Positions 19,251 to 26,890 of a DNA stretch of 32,000 bases are shown here, one piece after another; the first letter of the stretch is position 1; every line of letters begins with the position of its first letter. The notes below the pieces were generated by a model. It saw only the letters and a program-made list of their open reading frames with translations. It had not been told where the DNA came from and searched no databases. The stretch comes from Candidatus Saccharimonadota bacterium (lineage in GTDB: Bacteria > Patescibacteriota > Saccharimonadia > Saccharimonadales > UBA4665): positions 360,001-392,000 of the forward strand of contig CP023991.1 of the NCBI GenBank assembly GCA_003516025.1, written 5' to 3'. Both the position numbers and the translations under genes were made by a program.

Positions 19251-19363
19251 GTTTACACTTTTCGCTGTGTACAGCTCGTCAGCATGACTTTCCCCGGATG
19301 GAGCTTAAGGTATTCATGGAAGTGTATCGACAGGTAATTCTTAGGTATGGTTGTTTGGTGGTG

Positions 19364-19397
19364 CCGCGGTGCGGTCAAGGTTCTGACCGCACCGCGG
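19364..19397 (-). terminator. GC-rich hairpin downstream of the SPFH gene (putative terminator without a U-tract)
   Basis: Perfect 13-bp inverted repeat CCGCGGTGCGGTC-aaggttct-GACCGCACCGCGG, 29 nt beyond the stop codon at 19426-19428. Confidence 0.5.
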
Positions 19398-19425
19398 ACC
19401 GGGGTAGTTCAGTGGTTCCGTCGGC

Positions 19426-20346
19426 TCAGCGCGGGGTGTTGGTCCCGGTGCTGGGGAGTACGAGCGCCGACTGCGAGCCAGGCCAGCAGGTGAAGCCGGC
19501 AGGCGGGGCCAGGTTCTTGTTGACCATCTTGTCCAGGATGTCCATGCACTGGCTGACCAGCACGTTGGGGTCGTTGGACACCGAAGCGGCCAGAGCAGCG
19601 TTGGCGGCAGCCTGGGCGGTGGCGGTCAGTTCGGCCTGCTGGGCGATGCGGGTCTGCGCGATCTGCGACTGCAGGGCGTTGACGCGCTCGTCGGTGTTGG
19701 GGTCCAGGTCGACCAGCGTGACGAGCACGTCGATGGCCTCGATCTGATCTCCGATCTTGGTGCCCACCTCCTTGGTCGTGTTCTCGGACAGCACCGCCAG
19801 GCTGGGTGCGGTGGGGTTGCCCTCCTCGTCGACGCCGAGCGGGTCGTAGTCGTCGAAGGTGGCGGTCAGCGCGGCACCGAGCTGGCGGGTCACCAGGTTC
19901 CTGCGGATGTCGTCCAGTTCACGGTGGTCCTGGTAGAGCGTGTCCGCCGCGTCCGTCAGGATGCGCCAGCTGATCGACACGTCGATGCAGGCGGTTGCCT
20001 GGCCGGTGATGCGGACCTTGAAGCAGTCCTTCTCGCCGTTGTGGACGTCGGTCTGCTTGGCGGCGTCGAGCTCGGCGATCTTGTTCCAGGGCAGGATCCA
20101 GTACGGACCGTTCGACATGGTGCCGACCGGGCGACTGAACGAGACCTCGACGCCGACCGTCTTTGTGGGCACGGTGTTGAACGACGCGTTCGCGGTGAAG
20201 GCGACGCTTGCCAGCAGCAGCACGAGCGAGATGTTCCGCACGATGCGGGATTCCCTGGGCCGACTGCGGCGGGTCGCGATCCAGCCGAGTAGCAGGATCA
20301 AGAAGAGCACGAAGGCGATGATCGCCAGGATGAAGGAAGGGGGCAT
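19426..20346 (-). CDS. SPFH / band-7 (prohibitin-flotillin-like) domain membrane protein
   Basis: 306-aa ORF. N-terminal TM (FILAIIAFVLFLILLLGWI), then an SPFH-like core (VPTKTVGVEVSFSRPVG...GPYWILPWNKIAELD...) and an Ala/Gln-rich coiled-coil tail (QSQIAQTRIAQQAELTATAQAAANAALAA). AGGAG lies 8 nt upstream of the ATG. Confidence 0.7.
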   Translation of the reverse strand: MPPSFILAIIAFVLFLILLLGWIATRRSRPRESRIVRNISLVLLLASVAFTANASFNTVPTKTVGVEVSFSRPVGTMSNGPYWILPWNKIAELDAAKQTDVHNGEKDCFKVRITGQATACIDVSISWRILTDAADTLYQDHRELDDIRRNLVTRQLGAALTATFDDYDPLGVDEEGNPTAPSLAVLSENTTKEVGTKIGDQIEAIDVLVTLVDLDPNTDERVNALQSQIAQTRIAQQAELTATAQAAANAALAASVSNDPNVLVSQCMDILDKMVNKNLAPPAGFTCWPGSQSALVLPSTGTNTPR

Positions 20347-20388
20347 GTGATGCTCCTGTAGATTGTGGGCGGGGCACAGAACTGAAAT

Positions 20389-20434
20389 CCAGTAGTGCTT
20401 AACAAGCTCATAAAAGCACGCTAAGCACTACTGG
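20389..20434. promoter_or_regulatory. Perfect 13-bp inverted repeat in the AT-rich leader of the SPFH gene (candidate operator or RNA hairpin)
   Basis: CCAGTAGTGCTTA-20 nt-TAAGCACTACTGG, 43-88 nt upstream of the start codon at 20346. Confidence 0.5.
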
Positions 20435-20768
20435 AAGAAACAAAAATATAAGAATTACGCTGTCAAAGTGCTTTGGAGTAATATAACTCAACAAAACCGT
20501 AAAATTATATAATAAACAATAAAAATATGCAACTATCCTAAAAGCTCAAACATGTTGAGCGCTTGGGGTAATGCCGGGTCCGTTTGCTCTCCAAGTTGGA
20601 GAAAACATACGGACCCGGCGGTGGGCGGTGGACGGTGCAGGCGGGGAACTCGAAGTTCCACCATGTGTGCCTGGGGGCGCCCTGGATGAGCGCCCGGGCA
20701 CGGTACCTGGCATGTTCACTGAAAATCCTTCCTGTTTGAGGGGAGTGAGACTGCGGGTTGCCGGCTTC

Positions 20769-21806
20769 TCAGACAAGTCTGCTCTGGAGAACGGCGTGCA
20801 CCTCTTCGGCGTGCGGGATGTACTTGACGCGCTGGATCTTCTTCTCCTCTTCTTGTTGCAGGAGGGTAGCGATCCGGAACGTGCCGTACTTCAGGGCCTT
20901 GTCGGTGGTCTTCTCCTCGAGGTCGATGCTCTTGATGACCGATCGGACGAACGGCTGATCACTCGAGTTGATGAAACACCAGGCCCAGGCCGGCGGCATC
21001 GTGGTCACGAAAATCTTGAACTTCGTGACGGCGAATACCGTGGATTCCCAGGCCGTGATCCGCAGGCGGATCATGAACACGGCGAGCAGCAGTAGGATGA
21101 CGCAGAAGCGCCAGACGACCGACCAGAGCAGCGGCGGCACCGACACGAAGAATAGCCCCATAACCGCGAAGGCCAGCAGCCAGAACAAGCTGAAGGCTGC
21201 GATCACGCACGGCGGAACGAGCCGCTTCAGAAGGACGATCTTGTGCTTGCGGGTGATGCACTCGATGATGTCGTCCTGTTCGACGATCTCGCGTCCGTTG
21301 TTGTCGGTTCTGCGCCGGGGCGCCAGCTTGGTGCGGAAGCGGTCCACGATGTCGTCGGGTGTGTCCCACTTGCGTTCCACGACGACCTCGAGCTTGTCTG
21401 CGTCCGGCTGGTTGCGGCGGTGCTCGGTGGCGGCACGCCGGAGGTAGAACCAGATCAGGCAGGTGTAGACCAGCCAGCTGATACTTCCGGTGATGACTAG
21501 CACTTGCGCGGGAAGATAGATCAGCCCCGTAAGAAAGCCGACCGCCAGCATCATGCCGAAGCCTGCCGGTACGGCGATCAACAGCGGATGCTTCCCCCAC
21601 TGGAGGTAGCGTGGCTCTTGAGGCTTTTTCTCCTTCGGAACCACCATGCCGGCGACGGCAGCTGCCGGTAGGGGTGCGGTGTCGTCGGGGCGGATCGGCT
21701 CGACCGGCTTGTCGGCCTGGCCTGCCGCCTGCTCACGGGACTGCATACGTGCGGCCACTGATGCTCGCGGATCGGAAGGCGGACGAAACCACTGGCTGTC
21801 GGGCAT
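20769..21806 (-). CDS. Polytopic membrane protein with C-terminal bacterial PH (bPH/YdbS-YdbT-like) domain
   Basis: 345-aa ORF. P/A-rich cytoplasmic N-terminus, two TM hairpins, and a C-terminal segment (WESTVFAVTKFKIFVTT...IKSIDLEE...KYGTFRIATL...VKYIPHAEEVHAVL) that resembles bPH domains. GGAG lies 9 nt upstream of the ATG. Confidence 0.55.
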   Translation of the reverse strand: MPDSQWFRPPSDPRASVAARMQSREQAAGQADKPVEPIRPDDTAPLPAAAVAGMVVPKEKKPQEPRYLQWGKHPLLIAVPAGFGMMLAVGFLTGLIYLPAQVLVITGSISWLVYTCLIWFYLRRAATEHRRNQPDADKLEVVVERKWDTPDDIVDRFRTKLAPRRRTDNNGREIVEQDDIIECITRKHKIVLLKRLVPPCVIAAFSLFWLLAFAVMGLFFVSVPPLLWSVVWRFCVILLLLAVFMIRLRITAWESTVFAVTKFKIFVTTMPPAWAWCFINSSDQPFVRSVIKSIDLEEKTTDKALKYGTFRIATLLQQEEEKKIQRVKYIPHAEEVHAVLQSRLV

Positions 21807-21969
21807 GTCTCAACTCCATTCTGTGAAGGAACATTGTCTCTACGGTACTTCCGGAGACGGTGCCTTATTTATATCAATCTATAAGATTTTTGGCTAGCAT
21901 TTAAATATATGACATAGTACACTTATACAAATTATTAGAAAGCTGGTAAAAAATACTTTATTAAGACAC

Positions 21970-22203
21970 TTAAGAATATAAGTTTGCAAATCGTTTATTG
22001 TTCGATTTCAATACTGATTCCTCTATTTCTTGGTCTTTAATTACCCGTGATCGCATCAGCATTGAAACCGGACAGAAAATCCGGCCTTGCTGCTCGCCGT
22101 CCAGTTTTATTACTGTCGAAGGCTTGTAGCCGCGAGGAAAACGTACGTTAACAGTTTCATCGGTAAAATAGAATCTTTTACATCGTTCTTCAGTATGTCC
22201 CAT
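21970..22203 (-). CDS. Hypothetical small protein (77 aa) encoded in an AT-rich patch inside the island
   Basis: Open for 77 codons from ATG 22203 in sequence that looks below 40% GC, where stop codons should be frequent. No SD and no family recognised. The start lies only 18 nt from the divergent ParA-like ATG. Confidence 0.3.
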   Translation of the reverse strand: MGHTEERCKRFYFTDETVNVRFPRGYKPSTVIKLDGEQQGRIFCPVSMLMRSRVIKDQEIEESVLKSNNKRFANLYS

Positions 22204-22220
22204 CACTGAAAGGGGGAACC

Positions 22221-23486
22221 ATGGTATCGGGATCATCCGACTCCGACCGTGGGTGGCAAGGGAGAGATCTGGGCAGACCGCGCCAGATAACCGCAGACAG
22301 CACCATCCAGACCCAAGGGGGAACGAACGCAATGGACAGTGAGTCCGAACGTCAGGTACCACCCGGCGGCTACACAGGCCTGCCGAAGCTCGAGTGGAGG
22401 ATGCGCCGGCTGATCGACCGTGACAAGGCCGTGCCGCCGAAGCCCAGCAAGAAGCAGCGCCGGCAGCTCGATCTCGAGGAGCGTCAGCTCAGCGAGAAGC
22501 AGGCCGCCGACGCGGAGTCGCAGAAGAGGGACCAGCTGGAAGCTGAGTCCATCGAGCGCATCCTGCAACTGGCCGACGAGGTCAAGCACGCCACGTGCGT
22601 GTCGGTCAACTCCAAGGGGAATGGCGGCACCACCACGACGCTGGTCAACATGGCCTGCGTCCTGGGCTGGCTGACCCGCACCCTGATCGTGGTCGTCGAT
22701 GGCAACCCCGCCGAAGGAACCTGCGCAGCTCTGCTGGGCAAGGACCACGGCGCGACCATCAATGTCCAGCAGGTGTCCAGCCAGCTGGAAGCTCTTCGCC
22801 GCAACGCGCGCACCTTCATCGAGGGTGCACGGCCCAACCGTTGGAACGTCCGCACTGTTGCGGCGCTCTCGACGGTGGCTGCGGAGAACAACCCGCTGCT
22901 CGAACCTGACAAGGTCCGGGATCTGATCCAGGCCTGCCAGGAGCACTTCGAGTTCGTCTTCGTCGACACGCCCAACGTGCTGACGAGCGAGGCGGGGCTG
23001 GCGGCTGTTCGCACTGGCGACGTGCTGGTGTTCCCGGCCAACCGGCAGACCAAGTTCTCGCTGCGGCAGCTCGGAACCTCGATGCAGTCGCTCCGCGAGA
23101 ACGGCCTGAAGGACAAGGTCGAGAACTCAGTGGTCGTCATCACCAACCTCGAACCCGAGGATGAGCTGGACGGCTACCGCAAGTTCATGAACCGCACCAA
23201 GATGGACGACTCGGTCATCCAGACCTACGACCAGGACTTCCAGGGCGTGTTCATGGGTGTGCCACACGACGATGTCATCGCACGTGACGATGTCGTCGAT
23301 GTCGAGGCCTGGAGCCAGGAGACGCGTCAGGCGTACTACGACCTGATCATCGCCTGGCTCGAGCAGGTCCTCAAGGAGCGCGAGCACCACGACAGCATGC
23401 CCGTTCCGCCGGAACTGGCAGCACAGAACGGCCACTCCGACAACCGGAGCATGGTCACCACGCACTATCCAGGGGGAGAGTCATGA
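22221..23486 (+). CDS. ParA/MinD/CpaE-like protein with degenerate deviant Walker A and a charged N-terminal extension
   Basis: 421-aa ORF. SKGNGGTTTT (22611-22640) occupies the position of the canonical deviant Walker A motif KGGxGK[ST], as in the typical xKGGvGKTT form; a ParA-like Walker B region follows (FEFVFVDTPNV...GDVLVFP). GGGGGAAC lies upstream of both ATG 22221 and the alternative ATG 22332. Confidence 0.65.
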   Translation: MVSGSSDSDRGWQGRDLGRPRQITADSTIQTQGGTNAMDSESERQVPPGGYTGLPKLEWRMRRLIDRDKAVPPKPSKKQRRQLDLEERQLSEKQAADAESQKRDQLEAESIERILQLADEVKHATCVSVNSKGNGGTTTTLVNMACVLGWLTRTLIVVVDGNPAEGTCAALLGKDHGATINVQQVSSQLEALRRNARTFIEGARPNRWNVRTVAALSTVAAENNPLLEPDKVRDLIQACQEHFEFVFVDTPNVLTSEAGLAAVRTGDVLVFPANRQTKFSLRQLGTSMQSLRENGLKDKVENSVVVITNLEPEDELDGYRKFMNRTKMDDSVIQTYDQDFQGVFMGVPHDDVIARDDVVDVEAWSQETRQAYYDLIIAWLEQVLKEREHHDSMPVPPELAAQNGHSDNRSMVTTHYPGGES

Positions 23487-23866
23487 AGGAGCTCTACGCG
23501 CAAGCCGTCGTGAACGTCTACGACGTTCTGGCAGTCGAAGCGCCGGCCACGCCAGCGCCCGGAGGCAACATCCAGGACTACGTGCCAACCAGCCCGAACT
23601 ACGGTCCGTGGAGCGGGTTGGTCCAGCCGGTGACCTTCGTCGGAGGCATCCTGCTTGGGCTGGCGGCGTTGATCTCGCTGCTGTTCCTGTTCTGGAACCT
23701 GTTCAAGCTGGCCGTCTCACAGGACGAGGACAAGGACCGCGGCATCATGAGGTCGATCAAGAAGAACCTCATCATCTTCGTGATCTGCGGCTTCGCCAGC
23801 ACTGTCCTGCTCTCGTTCTTCTTCGGCCTGCTCCAGCAGGTGGTCAACTCGTTCGGCTCGTCCTGA
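23483..23866 (+). CDS. Small two-TM T4SS-associated membrane protein (VirB2/VirB3-like topology)
   Basis: 127-aa ORF. Two hydrophobic helices (VTFVGGILLGLAALISLLFLFW and LIIFVICGFASTVLLSFFFGLL) around a charged loop. ATGA overlap with the upstream gene. Confidence 0.45.
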   Translation: MKELYAQAVVNVYDVLAVEAPATPAPGGNIQDYVPTSPNYGPWSGLVQPVTFVGGILLGLAALISLLFLFWNLFKLAVSQDEDKDRGIMRSIKKNLIIFVICGFASTVLLSFFFGLLQQVVNSFGSS

Positions 23867-23965
23867 CCGGGACGAGCAACGCTGCTACGCGGCTGCTCCC
23901 GGTTCTGGCAACTTTGCCGGGGGCAGCCCGCGTGGCCTGACATCTATCCGTTAGGGAGGTGAATC

Positions 23966-25057
23966 ATGGCAAATCCGGCATGTTGGATCCTGCCAGGGCT
24001 TTGTTCGAATGGACAAGTCGCTGGTGAGGGTAGCTGGCTCGGTGACTTGCTCTCGTTGTTTGACAGCGATGCCGCCGGCGACACCCTGCGTAGTGCTCTC
24101 GAGACCGTTCAGTCGACCCGACAGTTCGACCTCGGACTGGTGTCGTTCGTCACTACGTACCAGCAGCTGTTCGGCCTGATGCTGATCTTGTCGGTGCTAC
24201 TGTTCTCCTGGACGCTGCTTCGCCTGGCTATCAGCAACAGTAACGGCGAAGAAAGCGTTGCTGGCCTGTTGGCGCCGTTCAAGATCTTCGTTTTCGGCTC
24301 ATTCCTGCTCGTAGCGGGGTCTTTTATCCGTTACCTGGGTGAGCTGGCGACGTGGATCGCGAAACAGTTCCTGCGGGAACAGAACTGGGTCGACGACGTC
24401 ACCCGCGGCTTTTCGTTCGGCGGTTTCTGGGTCCGCATCATCGGCAAGGTGCTCAGCGGACTGCTTCGGTTGGAGATCGTTCCACTGGAGTTGTGGGTGC
24501 CGCTGTTCATCCTGATGGGTTTGATTACCTATAGTTTGACCGCTTTCCGGTCGAACTACGTCATGGGTAAGCCGAGCCGCTGGATGTGGGCTCTGTTACT
24601 GACCGCGCTGACCCTCAAGCCGGCACTGACGCTGTACTTCGGTATCGGCGGCGGGCTCATCATGAACAGTGATGCTCCTGAGGGCGACAAGTCGGTTATG
24701 GTGCTGGCGCTGCTGGCTACTTCGCTTTTTCTCTGGATGTTCGTCTTCATGGCGTTCAACAAGAGGATTCAGGCGTATGTAGACAACAGGGTCCAGGTCC
24801 GGGGTGACGTGCGCAATCGTCCTTCCGGAACTGGTCGCCAACAGGTGGAGGTCAACCGGACGTTCAACGCCCGGCAGTCCAACATCAACCGGTCGGCGCA
24901 GGGCAAGCACGGCCTACGGTCGGCACGACATGCGACCACGGACGCGTCACTGGGGGCCCTCGCCAAGAAGGCAGCCTCGAGTGGACATCCTGCGGTCGGC
25001 ACCACGGTCGTCATCGTCCACGCGTTCTTCAAGGGACGACGCAAGAAAAGCCCGTAG
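23966..25057 (+). CDS. Polytopic membrane protein, VirB6/TrbL-like T4SS channel component
   Basis: 363-aa ORF with about 6 TM segments and a basic C-terminal tail. GGAGGTG SD 5 nt upstream. Its position between the small TM protein and the VirB3/VirB4-like genes matches Gram-positive T4SS order. Confidence 0.5.
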   Translation: MANPACWILPGLCSNGQVAGEGSWLGDLLSLFDSDAAGDTLRSALETVQSTRQFDLGLVSFVTTYQQLFGLMLILSVLLFSWTLLRLAISNSNGEESVAGLLAPFKIFVFGSFLLVAGSFIRYLGELATWIAKQFLREQNWVDDVTRGFSFGGFWVRIIGKVLSGLLRLEIVPLELWVPLFILMGLITYSLTAFRSNYVMGKPSRWMWALLLTALTLKPALTLYFGIGGGLIMNSDAPEGDKSVMVLALLATSLFLWMFVFMAFNKRIQAYVDNRVQVRGDVRNRPSGTGRQQVEVNRTFNARQSNINRSAQGKHGLRSARHATTDASLGALAKKAASSGHPAVGTTVVIVHAFFKGRRKKSP

Positions 25058-25086
25058 GAATCACTGCGACTTTCTGAGGAGGTGAA

Positions 25087-26673
25087 ATGACTGGAGAAAG
25101 TCAGGATCTGACCCCTTTTCGCCTGGATAGTCCGGGTGTTCGGAAGGGTCGGATGTTCCGCGACGCGGGAATGGCTCAGATCGCATGGATGGTCACGATG
25201 TTTCTGGCTGTCTGTGTATCAGGCGTCCTGCATCTGCTGGTACCGGCTCTCGTGGCGGCAGCGCTGTTCTTTTTGGCGCTGCCTGGCGAGGACGGACCCT
25301 TCTTCAACCTGCCGCTGACATGGTGGCACGGATGGAGGATCAAGCGCCACGACAATGTTGTCTGCGAGGTAGATGACGCGGGACAGGCTGTTGGCGGGGC
25401 TATGCCTGAACTACTCGACGACTTGTTCGTCGATGACGTTTTAGGGCAGTTCGCCACCCTGTACGACGAATCGGGAGACACTGACACTGTCTACTGGAGC
25501 ACGGACGGGTGGGAGTACGCCAACGCTGACATGCCTCAGCGCCATGCCGCTCAGATGCAGGAAGCCGCCGCACTCAAGACGGCTATCTCGCAAACGGACG
25601 ACAACATCGCCTACGGGATGATGAATGGCCGGAGGCAGTTCGATCCGTCCGAGTGGGTTGAGGATCTGCGGCAGAATTACCTGCATGAAGACTTTGAGGA
25701 TGACTCGGGGTTGGACGCCGGTGACCGCAGGGCCAAGGCCAACCTGGACAAGGTGTTCTCTGACATGGTGGTGCGCAGACGTTCCAAGGGCCTGGCGCTC
25801 ATCGCCGTGACTGTCCCCCGGCCCCCTGAATGGGCAAAGCTGGTCGACAGTCCTGAGATATTCACCGTGGATCAGCTACGCCGATCGTCGCTCTACCGTG
25901 TGCTCAGCTCACTGGAGCGAGGTCTAGAGGAGGCTGGTTTCAAAGGTCTGAAGTTGTTTGGCAGGGAACAGTTGTTCCGGTACCTGTTCGGGGCGTGGAA
26001 CGTTCACTACCTGACGGGCGAGACGATTGCCCGCAACGAGACCTCTGGGTACTATCAGCTTCCCGGTGCCGACCCGACCGACCCGCCGCAGCTTGGCGAG
26101 GATGGTCGTCTCGTGCACGTGCGGCAGCCGTTCCCCCACCGAGTCAAGGTGGTTCGGAGCGGCCGCAGTGGCAGACGGTACGACACATTGCAGATGGATG
26201 ATGGAAGCTACCACTTCGTGGTGGTCGTCCGGAATTTCCGACGCAAGAGTGGCCTGCCCGGCGCTACCTACCCGCTGATCGTTGGACCGCACAGTCCTTG
26301 GATCATGCACACCCAGAACTGCAACACCGCTTCACAGCAGCTTGACAAGTTCCTGTTGCGAAAGAGGCGGAATCTGCTGATCGGTTGGTTCTCCAACCGG
26401 CGTGGTCTGGGAACGATGTACGAAGAACTCGCTGATCGTGAGCGGGTCGAATCCGAGAGGGGAGCGATCGACAAGATCCACATCTCAGGCTCCAAGCCTA
26501 TCCGTTCTGATCATCGCTTCACGGGAAGCGCGACATCACTGGAGGAACTTGGCAAGGTCTACGACGACCTGGTCGCGACTCTGCGACAAGAAGAACTGAG
26601 TTTCTACCGCGTGAAAGGACGTGCCAGATTGTTTCCGGCATTCCTGTTGGCCGTACTTGGCCCGCGACTGTAG
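25087..26673 (+). CDS. T4SS protein with a VirB3/PrgI-like N-terminal TM hairpin fused to a large cytoplasmic domain (resembles, from memory, actinomycete SCO6880-family proteins)
   Basis: 528-aa ORF. TM hairpin (IAWMVTMFLAVCVSGVLHLLVPALVAAALFFLAL), no P-loop. GGAGGTG SD. Lies immediately upstream of the VirB4-type ATPase. Confidence 0.45.
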   Translation: MTGESQDLTPFRLDSPGVRKGRMFRDAGMAQIAWMVTMFLAVCVSGVLHLLVPALVAAALFFLALPGEDGPFFNLPLTWWHGWRIKRHDNVVCEVDDAGQAVGGAMPELLDDLFVDDVLGQFATLYDESGDTDTVYWSTDGWEYANADMPQRHAAQMQEAAALKTAISQTDDNIAYGMMNGRRQFDPSEWVEDLRQNYLHEDFEDDSGLDAGDRRAKANLDKVFSDMVVRRRSKGLALIAVTVPRPPEWAKLVDSPEIFTVDQLRRSSLYRVLSSLERGLEEAGFKGLKLFGREQLFRYLFGAWNVHYLTGETIARNETSGYYQLPGADPTDPPQLGEDGRLVHVRQPFPHRVKVVRSGRSGRRYDTLQMDDGSYHFVVVVRNFRRKSGLPGATYPLIVGPHSPWIMHTQNCNTASQQLDKFLLRKRRNLLIGWFSNRRGLGTMYEELADRERVESERGAIDKIHISGSKPIRSDHRFTGSATSLEELGKVYDDLVATLRQEELSFYRVKGRARLFPAFLLAVLGPRL

Positions 26674-26706
26674 AAGCTCCTACCGATGACACTACGACGT
26701 GCGCCC

Positions 26707-26745
26707 GCTACGGTGGTGGTTGTTCCACTAAACCACCACCGTAGC
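26707..26745 (+). terminator. Perfect 15-bp stem hairpin after the 528-aa gene (terminator/attenuator-like, no U-tract)
   Basis: GCTACGGTGGTGGTT-gttccacta-AACCACCACCGTAGC, 34 nt after the stop codon. Followed by the palindrome AGTTGAAGTTCAACT and a T5 run. Confidence 0.5.
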
Positions 26746-26890
26746 AAGCACTTCAGACAAGCAGTTGAAGTTCAACTTTTTGTCCGAAATGCCACAGGGG
26801 CATTCGAACGTTAACAACTGAATTACTCCTCCCTGTGCACTTCGAGCCGACTTACATCATACCGACGACACACGAGAGCAGGTGAAAGAT

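Noticed and set aside
19298-19747. 149-aa plus-strand ORF at the left edge of the island, considered as a possible integrase remnant next to the tRNA.
   Set aside because: It is mostly antisense to the SPFH gene. It has no tyrosine- or serine-recombinase motifs (no R..H..R..Y pattern) and a low-complexity composition.
19919-20377. Long ORFs antisense or out of frame to the island genes. Examples: 19919-20377(-), 19924-20292(+), 19940-20350(+), 20959-21600(-), 22233-22946(-), 22484-23146(-), 27602-28300(-), 29658-30488(-).
   Set aside because: High-GC DNA is poor in stop codons, so shadow ORFs are expected. Their translations are Arg/Pro/Ala/Gly-rich low-complexity strings with no motifs. Each is fully covered by a better-supported gene that has an SD site and recognisable domains.
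20769-20771. The idea that TGA is recoded as a sense codon (code 25/4), as in some reduced-genome lineages, which would extend the bPH gene.
   Set aside because: TGA clearly terminates other genes here: the ATGA stop-start overlaps at 23483-23486 and 28995-28998, and the stop at 23864-23866. Conserved proteins such as UvrA, UvrC and RpoD are full length under the standard code without in-frame TGA.
20546-20776. 76-aa TTG-initiated minus-strand ORF overlapping the stop of the bPH gene.
   Set aside because: In this frame only 39/68 of third positions over 20573-20774 are G/C, below the ~80% I counted in a real island gene. The product is P/S/T/G-rich low complexity. The GC3-like signal lies in the other frame, as reported in the findings.
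23867-23965. Imperfect GC-rich hairpin (CCGGGA...TCCCGG with inner GC repeats) between the small 2-TM gene and the VirB6-like gene, considered as a terminator.
   Set aside because: The stem is short and imperfect, with no U-tract, and the GGAGGTG SD of the next gene follows directly. It is probably just an intercistronic structure, so I did not list it as a feature.
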